Below are positions 51,214-63,486 of a stretch of DNA of 64,000 nucleotides, one piece after another (position 1 is the stretch's first letter; each line of letters starts with the position of its first letter). The translations under genes were made by a program, and so were the position numbers. This DNA comes from Mobula hypostoma. Taxonomy: Eukaryota. The stretch lies in contig NC_086119.1 in NCBI RefSeq assembly GCF_963921235.1, forward strand, positions 32,550,001-32,614,000. The letters run 5' to 3'. Under the pieces are notes generated by a model. It did not search any database, was not told the DNA's origin, and worked only from the letters and a program-made list of their open reading frames with translations.

Positions 51214-51624
51214 CTTGGCTATCCCTCGAGGTCGAGGATGATAGTCTTTGTTGTGAAGAAGTGGCCCACAGAGCGAAGACGCCTGTGCGTGTATTTGTTT
51301 AACATGTACTTGATGTTGCCCTCCAAGAAGCACACGATACTTCACAAATCAACCAACTGATTCCAATGGCATGGAAATCATGACGATTGGAGATGATGGA
51401 TTTGTTGCATCCTTCAGCCACCTTCACAGCTGTTGAGTTCGAAGTAACTTCATTCGCCTGTTCCACCGTTGAGGTCTTGGTTGGATTGTTCTTTGTCAGG
51501 GGCCTCACCCTCGACCTTACTGCCATGGGTGACCCTACCAGGAGCATAGCTCCAGACGGCATTGATCTCAGGATCACAGGACCACACAAGCTTCTCCACC
51601 AGGACAAGGTGACAATCCACGGAG
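51214..51624 (-). mobile_element. RTE-derived short non-autonomous element
   Basis: RTE-like 5'UTR (gagctatgctcctggtagggtcaccca); about 11-bp TSD aaggctcc(t)tgt; inserted in a Rex fragment. Confidence 0.7.
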
Positions 51625-52262
51625 AAGGCTCCTTGTACCTTCTGCCTGATGGTGGTAGTGAGAAGAGAGCATGGCCTGGATGATGAGGGTCCTCAATGAT
51701 ATCTGAACTTGATTCAAGTAACTGAACTTGAATCTAGGAACCTAAACTATTGATCTGGGGTGGGATATTTCAAGGTAATTGGTGAACTAAAGGGGAACTA
51801 ATTGTTCCATTACTTGATATTGTTACATACCTCATGGGTATCTTGTGACTGTCTTATGACCATGATGTAATTGAGCATCTTGTGAGCATGATGTAATGGT
51901 CTTGTGATGGTGGGGTGATGTAATTTTCCCGCCAGTGTGAGGTCATGTGATATACCCTACAGGTATATAAAAGGGAAACCCCTGTTGTTACGCAGTTGAT
52001 TCATTGTTTAATTTGTCAGTTACTCCGTTATGCTGCGTATTTGTCCAATGACGCAGTTTTGTTTTAAAGTGGAGCTTTACTTTCTATTGTAAGGTAAAAT
52101 TGTTGTGCTGGCAGTTTCACCAATCACTGCCAAGTTTTGTTTGGTGTACCTTTAATTTACCTTTACAGTCTAGTATTGGAGAGTGAAGACCTTACTAAAG
52201 GACGGGAAACTGAAGAATTGAATAGAGTTGGTGTCGTTCGGTGGTTTCATAAAGGTTCAACC

Positions 52263-53787
52263 AAAAAGTTCTATTTTAACTTCATCAGTCCACAGGACTT
52301 GTTTCCAAAATGCATCAGGCTTGTTTAGATGTTCCTTTGAATCTCTTAAATAGAACTTTTGGCCCCAGAGCAAAGGTATGTTTGGAGAAAAAAGGGTGCA
52401 GAAATTCATGAAAAGAACCCCACTCCAACTATTAAGCATGGGGGTGGATCGATCATGCTTTGGGCTTGGGTTGCAGCCAGTGGCATGGGGAACATTTACT
52501 GGTAGAGAGAAGAGTGAATTCAATTAAATATGATATGATTATGATTATGAGGACAAGCAGTCCCCTGTTATTGTCATTTAGTAATGCATGCATTAAGAAC
52601 TGATACAATGTTTTTTCCAGAATGATATCATGAAAACACATAATAAACCGACTTAAAAACTAAGAAAAACCACATAATTATAACATATAGTTACAACAGT
52701 GCAAAGCAATACCGTAATTTGATAAGAACAGATCATGACACAGTAAAAGTCTCAAAGTCTCTCGAAAGTCCCATCATCTCACGCAGATGGTAAACCTCCA
52801 GTGCCGCCAACTTGCCGATGCAGCATCCTGGAAGCATCCAACCACAGTCTGACTCCGAGTCCGTCTGAAAACTCCGAGCCTCCGACCACCTCTTCGACAC
52901 CGAGCACCGAGCACCATCCCTGCCGAGCGCTTCAACCCCAGCCCCAGCAACAGGCAATAGGCAAAGCCGAGGATTCGGGGCCTTTGTCTCCTGAGATTTT
53001 CGATCGCACAGTAACAGCGGCAGCGAAGCAGTCATTTCAGAATTTACTCCAGATGTTCCTCTGTGCTTCTCATGGCTGTCTCCATCAAATCCGGATTGTG
53101 CATGGCCCCCTAGTTACACGTAATCGATATTCATTCGGAACGGCCATGTGCACGCTGCATCATGTCACCATCTTCTCCTCCCGCCCATTAGCAGCATACC
53201 AGCAACTTCTGGACGTAAACATCACACCGTCTGTAAAAAACCCAAAGATGAAAAGAGGATAGCTTCTACAATAGGATAATGATCCTAAACACACATCAAA
53301 GTCCATAATGGACTACCTCAGGAGGCGCAAGCTGAAGGTTTTGTCATGGCCCTCACAGTTCCCTGACCTAAACATCATCAAGAATCTGTGGATAGACCTC
53401 AAAAGAGCAGTGCATGCAAGACGGCTCAAGAATCTCACAGAACTTGAAGCCTTTTGCAAGGAAGAATGGGCAAAAATCCCCCAAACAAGTATTGAAAGAC
53501 TCTTAGCCGGCTACAAAAATCGTTTACAAGCTGTGATACTTGCCAAAGGGGGTGTTACTAAGTACTGCCATGCAGGGTGCCCAAACTTTTGCTTTGGGCC
53601 CTTTTCCTTTTTTGTTATTTTGAAACTGTAGAAGATGGAAATAAAGAAGTTTTCTTGCTTAAAATATTAAAGAAATGTGTCATCTTTAACTTTATGCCTT
53701 TTGGAAATCAGTTCATCTTTTACTCGCTTAGCTATTCACAGTAACAGAAATTTTGACCAGGGGTGCCCAAACTTTTGCATACAACTG
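52263..53787 (+). mobile_element. Tc1 transposon 3' part nested in the Gmr1-like element
   Basis: WTDE, KHGGGSIM.W, DNDPKH, WPSQ.PDLN.I; right end cccaaacttttgcatacaactg followed by TA. Confidence 0.9.
52531..53186 (-). mobile_element. Non-autonomous element family A, copy 3 (inside Tc1)
   Basis: Same termini and body as the other copies; interrupts Tc1 transposase. Confidence 0.8.
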
Positions 53788-54900
53788 TACCTAAAGTTAA
53801 TGATGTGGATTATGTGATAAAAACACCAGATCGAAGAAAGCCAACAGAGCTTTGTCATATAAATATGATAAAACCATATTATGAGAAACAGTCTGCTACT
53901 ATGACTGTTGTGGTCAATAATAATGAGTCTGATCTCACTAGGAACTTAATGGATGATTCATCTGAAACTCATTTTAAACCCATCATTATTTCTGCCCGAT
54001 TACCAAACTCAACAATTCTGAAAAATATTGATGAGAAATTAGCTCATTTACAGCCAGAGCAGAGGCAGCAAAAGAAACAATTATTTTTTAAATATAGGGA
54101 TTTATTTCCAGACGTTCCTAAAAGAACCACGGTAGCTTCACATGATGTAGATGTTAGAGATGCCAAACCCATAAAACAACATCCATATTGGATGAACATA
54201 GAAAAATGTAATCTTGCTGAACAAGAAATTAAGTATATTTTAGAGAATAATATTATTAGACCTTCTAATTCGAATTGGAGTTCACCTTGTGATATGGTGC
54301 CTAAGCCAGACAGTAGTATTTAGTTTTGTACTGATTACAGGAAGGTGAATGCTGTGACAAAAACTGATGTATATCCAATCCCTAGAGTGGATGATTGTGC
54401 GGACAAAGTTGGAAAAGCAAAGTTCCTTACAAAGATTGATTTGTTAAAAGGTTATTGGTGTTCCATTGACGGATAGAGAGATTTCTGCATTTGTGACCCC
54501 ATCTGGGTTATACGAATATAATGTTCTTCCCTTTGGGATGAAGTATGCCCCAGGTACTTTCCAGTGGATGATTAATTCCGTGATTCATGGCTTAAACGAT
54601 ACAGATGCCTATATTGTTGATTTAGTTACAGGAAATGATACTTGGGAAGTACATATTACTGCAGTGGAAAAACTATGTGAAAAGCTTTCAAAAGCTAACT
54701 TAACTATTAACTTAGCTAAAAGTGAATTTGGTCATGCCACTGTGACCTACTTTGGTTATGTTGTAGGTCCGGGCTTGGTTAAGGAAGTAAATCAAACTCC
54801 AATTCAGCAACAAAGTTTGATGTTACAGGAGTGTAATATTTTGATAACTCATATTAAAGGCAAAGATAATGTGATTGCTAACTGTCTATCTAGATGTTGA
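53788..54900 (+). pseudogene. Gmr1-like pol remnant (IN C-term, RT, RNase H end)
   Basis: VDYVI.TPDRRK...HINMIKPY, then WSSP..MVPKPD, DYRKVN, LPFGM, HIKGKDNVIA. Confidence 0.85.
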
Positions 54901-56199
54901 ATGTAAAATGTAATTTTTTTATGGAGTGGTATTTTAACATTTGTAACACTCTTACTGTATATTAGTTTGTAAGGTGCTATATGATAATACTGTGTATATT
55001 GTGTATGTTGTAGATTTTATACATTTGGTTTTTTTTGTAAATAGTTAGTTGTTAAAATTTTGCTCATAAAAGACCAAAATTTTCCCTTTTTCGGAGGGAG
55101 GTGTTACATAACTCGTGAGTAGCTTGTGACTGTCTTATGACCATGATGTGATTGAGTATCTTGTGAGCATGATGTAATGGTCTTGTGATGGTGGGGTGAT
55201 GTAATTTTCCTGCCAGTGTGAGGTCACGTGATGACATGTTCCCTACAGGTATATAAAAGGGAAACCCCTGCTGTTACGCAGTTGATTTATTGTTTAATTC
55301 GTCATTTACTCCATTATGCAGCATATTCGTCTTATGACGCAGTTTTATTTTAAAGTGGAGCTTTACCTTCTATTGTAAGGTAAAATCGTTGTGCTGTCAG
55401 CTTCGCCAATCGCTGCCAGTTTTTGTTTGGTGTACCTTTAATTTACCTTTACCATCTAGTATTGGAGAGTGAAGACCTTACTAAAGTACGGCAACCTGAA
55501 GAATTGAGTAGAGTCGGTGTCATTCGGCGGTTTCATAATGGTTCAACCTTATTGAATCTTCATTCAGGAATAGTGACCTGCATCTGAGATAACCCCTGTA
55601 AGATCAGGAGGTTTGTGCAGTGTTCATTCACCAGGAAAAGGTCAGCTCCTTTAAGCCGTTGTATTTCCTTCATCATGAATCCTTTGGACGGAATCAGCAG
55701 CAATGTCACGTCTTTGAAGAAATCCATTTCCAGAGAAGTCTCTCCTTACTGAGTGTATAAATCACTTGGACTTTTGAATTTACCACTTTAAGACTGTGTT
55801 CGAATTTACCACTTTAAGAACTGTTCCAGAGTTGCCGTATAGCAGTTAACTTCCGGTTAAGTTAGTCGTTTGAATACTTTTCGCTATTGTTGAGCAGAGT
55901 TTAATAAATGTTTATGTTTGTTTATAAAACCTGACTCAATTCAATAGTCATTGTTGCTGGTCACGTGACAATATGTTAACTTGCACCCAAAGCAACTTGG
56001 TTAACTTAAGTGTTCCATGAAATGACCCGGCAGGATAATTGTGGTGGCTAACAAACATTGACCAAGTAAGTTTTGCTGATGTTTATGTCTTTGCCTCCAG
56101 CACTGAGGCCTTGTCCCACCCTGTAAGTGTCGTATAATGACGACTCCAGTGTTGGAGTCTCTCCACAAAGGTGTGCATTGAACAAGTATTTTGGCATCC

Positions 56200-56550
56200 A
56201 AGTGCTAGGGAAAGCACTCTCTGCCAGTTTAAGCACACTCTTTTTGGCTTTGGGAGATGTTTGAGCTGCATAGTCAGGTCTCCCTTGGAATTCATATCCT
56301 CTATTGCAGATGGCGTCTCAGTAAACCTCTTCTGTACTCCTTCTAAAGCCTCCACATCGTCCCTGTAATGGATGTCCAGAATTGCACACAGTGCTCCAGG
56401 TGCAGCCTAAACAAGGTTTTAAATTGTTGTAACATGACTCCTTTCTCAATGCCCCAGCCCATGAGAGCACTCCTGTCACCAGCATCTTTCCCATCCTGTT
56501 AACCTATGAAGCCACTTTCAGTCAGCTATAGACTCAGCTCCAAAGTCCCT
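56200..56550 (-). mobile_element. Old CR1 fragment
   Basis: LEHCVQFW..HY.D.MEALEGVQKRFT. Confidence 0.7.
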
Positions 56551-56950
56551 GAAAATAGGTTGTAATCACCTTCATTTGTGATATGCATATTAAAACAACT
56601 TCATTTTCTAAGGAGGTAGGTATCCTAAAGAGGACTAGCTTATTTTCCCAGGCAATACAAATGATCTTAAGGGTTTCGACTTTATGGTGCTAATGCAGAG
56701 AAAAGTCAGTCATATTATTGTGATCAACAAACAGGAATAGGTACTCAAGTACATAGAACAGTACAGCACAGGAACTGGCCCTGTCACCCAAAATGTCTGT
56801 TACAAATACAATGTCAAGTTAAACTAAACCACAGGACTCCGCAGAAATTCTTTTCTCATCAACCTCCTCATGACCCAAACTTCCACTTCAACTCCATCAG
56901 AAGCCATTGGGCTGGAGTTAGCACAATCTCTTCATACTTCCCTGCAGCCT

Positions 56951-58179
56951 TGTTAGGACACTGGAGCAGGGATCCAATTGCAGACCCTGTACACTGTGAT
57001 ATTAATTGAGTAACAAATCCCGAGGTGCAAACAAAATCGGCGTCAAAGTTCAGGCGGAGATCAAAACGTCCAGAGAAATCCAAAAACCAGAATCGGAAAA
57101 CAGGCAGAGTCGATATTCAGACAGAGTTCAGATACAAATGCTGGAAAGGCTCAGAAAAACTTGCTGGCACAATCTGGCAACAAACAGGTGAAAACACAGG
57201 ACTAAGGCTACGTCCACACTAGACCGGATAAATCCGTAACCGAAGCTTTTTCTCTTCGTTTTGACCCTCCGTCCACATTGAAACGGCGTTTTCCTCCCCT
57301 GAAAATGGAGCTTTTCTAAAACGCTCTCCAGAGTGTTTAAATCTGAAAACGCCAGTTGGGCGGTGTAGTGTGTATGGGGTAACCAGAGCTTTTTAAAAAT
57401 GCTGTCACGATGCGCCAGAACAGATGGTGGCAGCAGCGCGACATTTCATTGTTTTCTTGAACGCAAACTCCAACACCACAACAACAATGGCGGACGGCTT
57501 CATGTGTGTGTTGTTTACTTTATTGTCTACATTACTAGCTTGTTTGGAGTTAAACATAGCTACCTACCATGTACAGGCAGCATATCTACGTACAAAAAGG
57601 GATCTTTTGTACTCACAGTCATTGTGCAATGGATCCTCGAAGACATTGTTGAAAACTTCCTTTCGCTGTTGTTGTAGGTACTCTAGTTTTTGACCAATGG
57701 AGATAGCACAACGCTGCTGCGGAAAGCGAAATAGTATACCGTTTCCACTTCGCTTGTTTTCTGTAGATGTGTCCTGCGCATGCCCAGTAGGAGGAGATTT
57801 GCCCAAGTACCCGTTTTAATGTGGATGGAGGTATTTTCAAAAACGCCTGGTGTGGACACCTATCGTTTTTACGCAAAACCGGCGTTTTCAAAATTATCCG
57901 GTCTAGTGTGGACGTAGCCTTAAAATACATTGAGCAATAAACAGAGAGGCAGATGATAGGTGGAGCACAATGAGACAGAAGTGGCAGCAAAACAGGTAGT
58001 AATGAGAAACAAGTGAGAGACGGAGTACTCAGTAATACAGGGGCTGGAGTAAAGCAGGAGTGGAAACAGGAGCACATGGGACATGAATACAAACAAGAGC
58101 ACCTGGCAATACAAAACCAGAGACTGACGACTAGGGGGAAAACACACAAAAAGACAAAGTTCAACTGGAGGTACTGACA
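56951..58179 (-). mobile_element. Solo LTR interrupted by a DNA transposon
   Basis: Collinear with 35574-36059; tgtta...tgaca; TSD agcc(t/a). Confidence 0.85.
57205..57920. mobile_element. Non-autonomous PIF/Harbinger-like transposon
   Basis: Perfect 27-bp TIR aggctacgtccacactagaccggataa; repeated aaacg subterminal motifs; TA on both flanks. Confidence 0.8.
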
Positions 58180-58184
58180 AGCCA

Positions 58185-58450
58185 TTTATTTATTTATTAA
58201 GCTAGCACATGGAAAAGGCCCTTCATACCACGCTGCCCAGCAATTCACCCCACCCCCCACAATTTAATCCTAGCCTAATAACAGGATAATTTATAATAAT
58301 AATTAACCTACCAAGAACTTGGACCATGGGAGGTAACCAGAGCACCCAGAGGAGACCCACATAATCATGGGGAGAACAGGCAGTGGTGGGAATTGAACCT
58401 CGGTCACCTGTACTGTAAAGCCTTGTGCTAACCACTACACTACCATGCCG
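58185..58450 (-). mobile_element. V-SINE
   Basis: tRNA-like head (ggtagtgtagtgg ... ggttcaattccc), V-domain, (aaat)n tail. Confidence 0.75.
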
Positions 58451-58547
58451 CTGATTCTTCCCTTCCTCCATGCCATCCTAACCTTCTGCTCTCTCAGTAG
58501 CACCATGTTAATATCAGTGTTTTTGTATGTTCTTGTAGCCACTTGAG

Positions 58548-58870
58548 CAGCTCGGTGGCATAGTGGTTAACGTGGCTGCATGAAGTTCCAGTGACCAGGG
58601 TTTGATTTTGACCTCTAATGCTCTTTGTATGGTGTCTTCATGTTCTCCCTGTGACTGCATAGGTTTTCTCCAGGTGCTTTGGTTTCCCCCCAAATCCAAA
58701 GTCACGCTGCCAATAATTGTTTGCGATAAATTACATCCGTGTAAATGGATTGCGGGAGAATTCTGAGGGGAGACGGCATGTCGGAGAGAAAAGGTTACAA
58801 GCAAGTAGTATTCAAATGGCTGGCATACACTCAATGGATCGAACGGCCTACTTCTATGTCATACAAAATA
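58548..58870 (+). mobile_element. V-SINE (HE1-like)
   Basis: tggcatagtgg A-box, V-domain, CR1-like tail gaacggcctacttct. Confidence 0.7.
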
Positions 58871-60619
58871 TAAGCCACCCCCAAACATTTTAGGCTACAA
58901 TGGAAAACATATTTGAATTACAAGGTTTTTTGACATGCTTAATTAAATACTCAATATTTATGAATTTGTGCAATCATCCATTTATAATTTAAGGCATAAA
59001 AATATATAAATTATTCAAAACTTTAATTATGTAACATAAATAACACAGCTAAGTGAAAATTTAATACTAAGAACTCGAATTATCAGAAAAAATTAATTAA
59101 GTGGCTTTGAATTTGCTGTATAATTTACTTGTGCTTCGAGATTTGTAAGGTCATAAAGCAATTAGGCTTTGAGTTCTTGTCTTACATGCCCTTATTTTAA
59201 CTTTGTGGGTTAAGGGTGTAAAAAAATAGACAAGATAGTTTGATCAAATTATTCTCCCTATCACTGGTGTAGATTTGGAATACTTAATCAGAAAATACAT
59301 GTGCACTCTGAATAAATTACAGCTTACCTTAGGTAAAGGAAGGTTTTAAATTGAGGAATTAAGACAGTTATTGAATATACATGAAGTCAAATTAAAATGA
59401 CTGATCTGCAAAGGAAAGATTGTCTGCCTAATCTCTTTGTTGTTATACCCTCAGAAGGAAAAACGAAGCTCCAAGTATATGCTACAGCCATGGACGAATG
59501 AGAGAACAGCCATAGTCTCATTTTAAGAAAGTATTTGTGGCTTCTGACAGATTAGTCAATTTGCATGCATTGCTGCATTAGACAAGTGACAAATGTGCTG
59601 AGTGTCAGGGCAGTTCAGTTCATCTCCTTCGACAATGGTAACAGTCAGATGAGTGAGTAGGTGATTATATTTATATAGAATTACAGGTTCTCCAAAAGTG
59701 ACTGGGGCTATTGATCGGATTTGTGTGGTTACTGCTGCTGCCTCCATACATCCACACGCGTCTCTTGTAGAAAATTGTAAAGTAATGCAAGGATTCACCC
59801 AGCAATTGACGGTTTGACTGGTTATGACGAAAGTGTTCCTTCTGCAGAGCCTTGCTCAATGGAGAATGACATCTGGCCTTCCAGGGGTATACACGGCCGG
59901 CCAACAGAATTATGGAGTCATGGTCGTAGAGTCACACAGCCAGGAAAAAGGCTCTTCAGTCCAACTCATGCACGCCAACCATGTTCAAGATGGTGCCGGT
60001 CAAGGTGATACCAGACTGCAGTGACCATTGAGGTTGCGGCTCGGACTTAGTAGTTTTTTTTTATTCATACGGATGATTTTGGAGACAGAGGGGTGAGCTG
60101 TGGGTCAGGTTGGGGCTTATGGACAGGGATGAAGGGAATTTGATGTCAGGCCGGAGTTTAAGCCTCCGCTCCATATTTGAAGGCCAGCAACATGGATGTG
60201 GGACATCCATAGTTGTATGTTGGGCTGGCAGACCGGCGTGGACAAGTGCTGGTGCTTCCCCCAGTCAGCGAGTTGCTGGAATGTTCTAGAACTGAAGTTC
60301 CCTATGGGAAGGAGGAATGAGGGCCAGTGACCCCCTACATATGCAAAATGGCAAAACCAGAGTCCAGGCCTTAGTGTTCAACTCCCATCTTTGGCGATTC
60401 TGGCATCTGAGGCCGGGAGTTCAGTTATGTCTGGATATCTGCCTCTTTCTACCACCCACTGCCCATTTGAGGGAGTTCACTTTGCTTTTGGAAGGCATTT
60501 TTAATGTTATTTTTCTCTCTTCTCCACCTGCCATTCTTCTGCTTTTGCACTCTCGGACTCCTGTCTCCTTCCTGGAAGATTTATTGCCGGCTCCCCTATT
60601 TTTTTTGCCTGTAGCCCAA

Positions 60620-60807
60620 TGACCATTTGGGGCAGCTCTATTGAAGTGGTCTGCCTCCCCACACAGGCTACAACATTCAGGTTTTTTTGCCTTCTTAGGC
60701 CTGGTGGACTTCCTTCCTGCAGATTTTGCAGGTAAGCACACTGCACTGATTGCCAAAGTGTCCAGGCTTGCTGCAGGTAAGGCACTGGATTGGCCTGCAT
60801 AATCCAT
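60620..60807 (-). mobile_element. Tx1/L1-like ORF1 zinc-knuckle remnant
   Basis: YAGQ followed by CLTCSKPGHFGNQC, CKICRKEVH and CSLCGEADH across frameshifts. Confidence 0.7.
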
Positions 60808-61431
60808 AAGGCTGTGATTTTCTCTAACTGTACAAGCTGAGAGTGGGTGGGTGATGGCTTCCTTTCGTGCTACATTAGGGGTAACCTAAATCTAATACTC
60901 ACTCATCCAGATGTGAAGAAGTCATTAATAATGATGCAGTGTCCGGCTGCTTCTGTGTTTCTGGAAAGGACACAGGGGATGAACATGTGCACAGTTGGCT
61001 CTCTGTACATCAAGAGGCTCCACAGATGTTCTGTCTTCTGCTTCACTTCTCTTTTGCCAGAAGACTTGTAACAAATTTAAAACTTTCACCATATTCCTAA
61101 GATAACATTGAAACACTGGTGGTCTGGCCCACACACAAGCTAAGAGAGCTACTTAAATGGGATTGTGATACATGCCTAACTATTGCTATATGTGAAAAGG
61201 CTAAACCCAGTGACAAAGTGATAGCATCCCCCTTTGTGACTGACTGGTAGAAGTTGTCCATGGTTTCAAAACATCAGCAATCCAGCAGAAGATACACATG
61301 GTCAATTGTACCTCTATCTTCCACATTCCTCACTGCCATTCTGATGGTGTTATGAGCTGTTCAGTCACCTATTTAATTTGCAACCATGGCTGTAACAAAG
61401 GAGCAAGCTACAGTTGCTGGGAAAAGAAGTG

Positions 61432-62200
61432 TTTTTTTTTTAATAACAAAATATACTTTATTCAAAAATAATGTACAATAAACCATTCAATGACTTTCAA
61501 TCCTTTACAGATGTTTCCACACTTTTACTCACTCACATGGCACTCTGTTGTTTCATCTTTACACACCGCTGATGAGGGGTATACTCCCCACCACCCGACC
61601 CCTCCTAATCCCGCGGGAGAAGAACCCTAAACTGTGGTCCTTCCCCACCGGGCCCTTGCGTTGGCTGCACCAAGTTTCAGTGCGTCCCTCAGCACGTACT
61701 CCTGCAGCCGAGAATGTGACAGTCGGCAGCATCCTGCCACGGACATCTCCATGTGCTGGTAGGTCATTAAGTTTCGGGCCAACCAAAGGGCGTCTTTCAC
61801 TGAGTTGATGATCTGCCAGCAGCACCAGATGTTGGTCTCCATGTGCGTCCCCAGGAACAGCCCGTAGATCAGAGAGTCCTCTGTTATGCAGCTGCTGGGG
61901 ATGAAATATGACACTAGCCCGTCCATCCTCCTCTCTGTGAACTGACAGTCTGCAAAGAGGTGGGTCACAGACTCCCCCTCACTGCAGTCCTCCCGTGGGC
62001 AGCGTGGTCTGGAGGCGACGCTTTGCCGGATGGCAACCCAGCATGCAGAATCAAAGTTGTGCTTTGTACAAAGCTGACGTGGAGGAGAGTTCAAACCCAC
62101 ACCTCTAACTTACCAGTGGGACATCCATCAGCAACCATTTGGTTTTCTCAATTTGAGAGCGGAAACATCAAACCTGAATCCTTGCACCAGCGACAGAACA
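61432..62200 (-). mobile_element. Tx1-clade LINE 3' end
   Basis: ORF 61627-62100 CP..DC...ESVTHLFADC...KDALW.ARN; aataaa plus poly(A) at 61432-61462. Confidence 0.85.
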
Positions 62201-63486
62201 ACAAACTGACATCACTTCCGCACAACCCCCTCCCACCCCACCCTGGCTTCTGCCTAACACCCTCCCCTCACCTGGATCCACCTATCACCTTCCAGTTCAG
62301 GTTTTACTCCACCCCTTTTGGCATTTTATACTGACTATCTCCCCACTACATTTCAGCCCAGATGAAGGGTCCATTTCCCTACATAGATACTGCTTGACCT
62401 GCTAATATCCCTTTTTGCTCTGGGTTGCATTCAACGGCACCTCGATGAGAGTCAGTACATCCAAACCTTGGTCTTCCCTTCATTCTGAATGCCTGCAGTT
62501 TCCATCTGTGTGTCGACCCCTTAAATACAGTGGAGATCGTTTCACCTCGCTGTGAAGCTTGGAAATGCAAAGCTCAGCCATGAAAATTAATTGGCAGAAT
62601 GGAATTCTGATCTCAATTTCACACCACTTTCCAGATTTAGCTTAGGCAATTATGTTGGAAAACGCCTTCAAATTAATATCAGGGCCAAAAGCTGGCAACG
62701 AAATAAAATGCAATATGGTGAAAGAAAATGACTTAAAATGGAAAGAAATTTTAAAAAAGGATTGCAGTTAGAAAGGGATTGGGAAGTGCTAGACTTACTC
62801 CCAGATAAGGTGAAGCTGAATAGAATTATCAGTCTCGCAATGTTTCCTAATTGCAAAAGCTTCAGATAAGTTTGAGGCCATTCTTCTTCATCATTTGTAG
62901 GATATTTGCCGTAGTATCTTGGTGTTTTGCATAACTGAAGGGCTGATGAAGCCATTGTTAGTGAATCAGCGTTTACCATTCTCTACTTTTTGACATTGAA
63001 ATAAATTGTATTTTGGACCGAAAATAGAAGCCATTTGGCTGAGCAGATACATACCAATGTTTGTTCCTCTTTCTACTGTGGATTCACATTGTCTCCTCAC
63101 ATTTTCTTCAATTCTTGTTCCTCTCTTTGTACCTGTCTAGCTTTCTGTTAATGACACACAACTCAATGCCTTTGCATGGTTTTAAATCCATCGCTATGAG
63201 TAAATTCTTCTGAATTCCCTGCTAGATTTTTTGGTGCCATGTTACCCTCTCCATCAGTACCATATCCCAGTGATTCAAGGACTTTCAGCCCCTTGCCTGA
63301 CTCATCTGTCAACACCTTCTTTACGATCCGGTCTTCCCTGAACCTCGTCACCACAGAAAGAGGAGTAAATATTCTTAATCAACCATCTAAAGGGTCGCTG
63401 CATAAGGATAGTTGGCTGTGATCTCTTAAGGAGGAACTTGTTTAACCTTTTGCACATTTCAGTGTCCAGGACGTTCAAGATTCAAA

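Larger units (their letters stand above)
51821..55970 (+). mobile_element. Gypsy LTR element, Gmr1-like, internally deleted
   Basis: 5' LTR 51821-52262 (truncated), 3' LTR 55102-55970 (tgtta...tgaca), PPT ggagggagg, exact TSD atat; IN C-terminus precedes RT. Confidence 0.9.

Noticed and set aside
51490-51624. HDV-like or twister ribozyme call
   Set aside because: Could not fit the required consensus motifs by eye; kept only as a structured-RNA candidate
58548-58620. tRNA genes at SINE heads (also 6778, 58450)
   Set aside because: Degenerate boxes followed by V-SINE body; no cloverleaf
60421-60807. ZCCHC3-like host gene
   Set aside because: Frameshifted fragment with a stop codon; better explained as Tx1 ORF1
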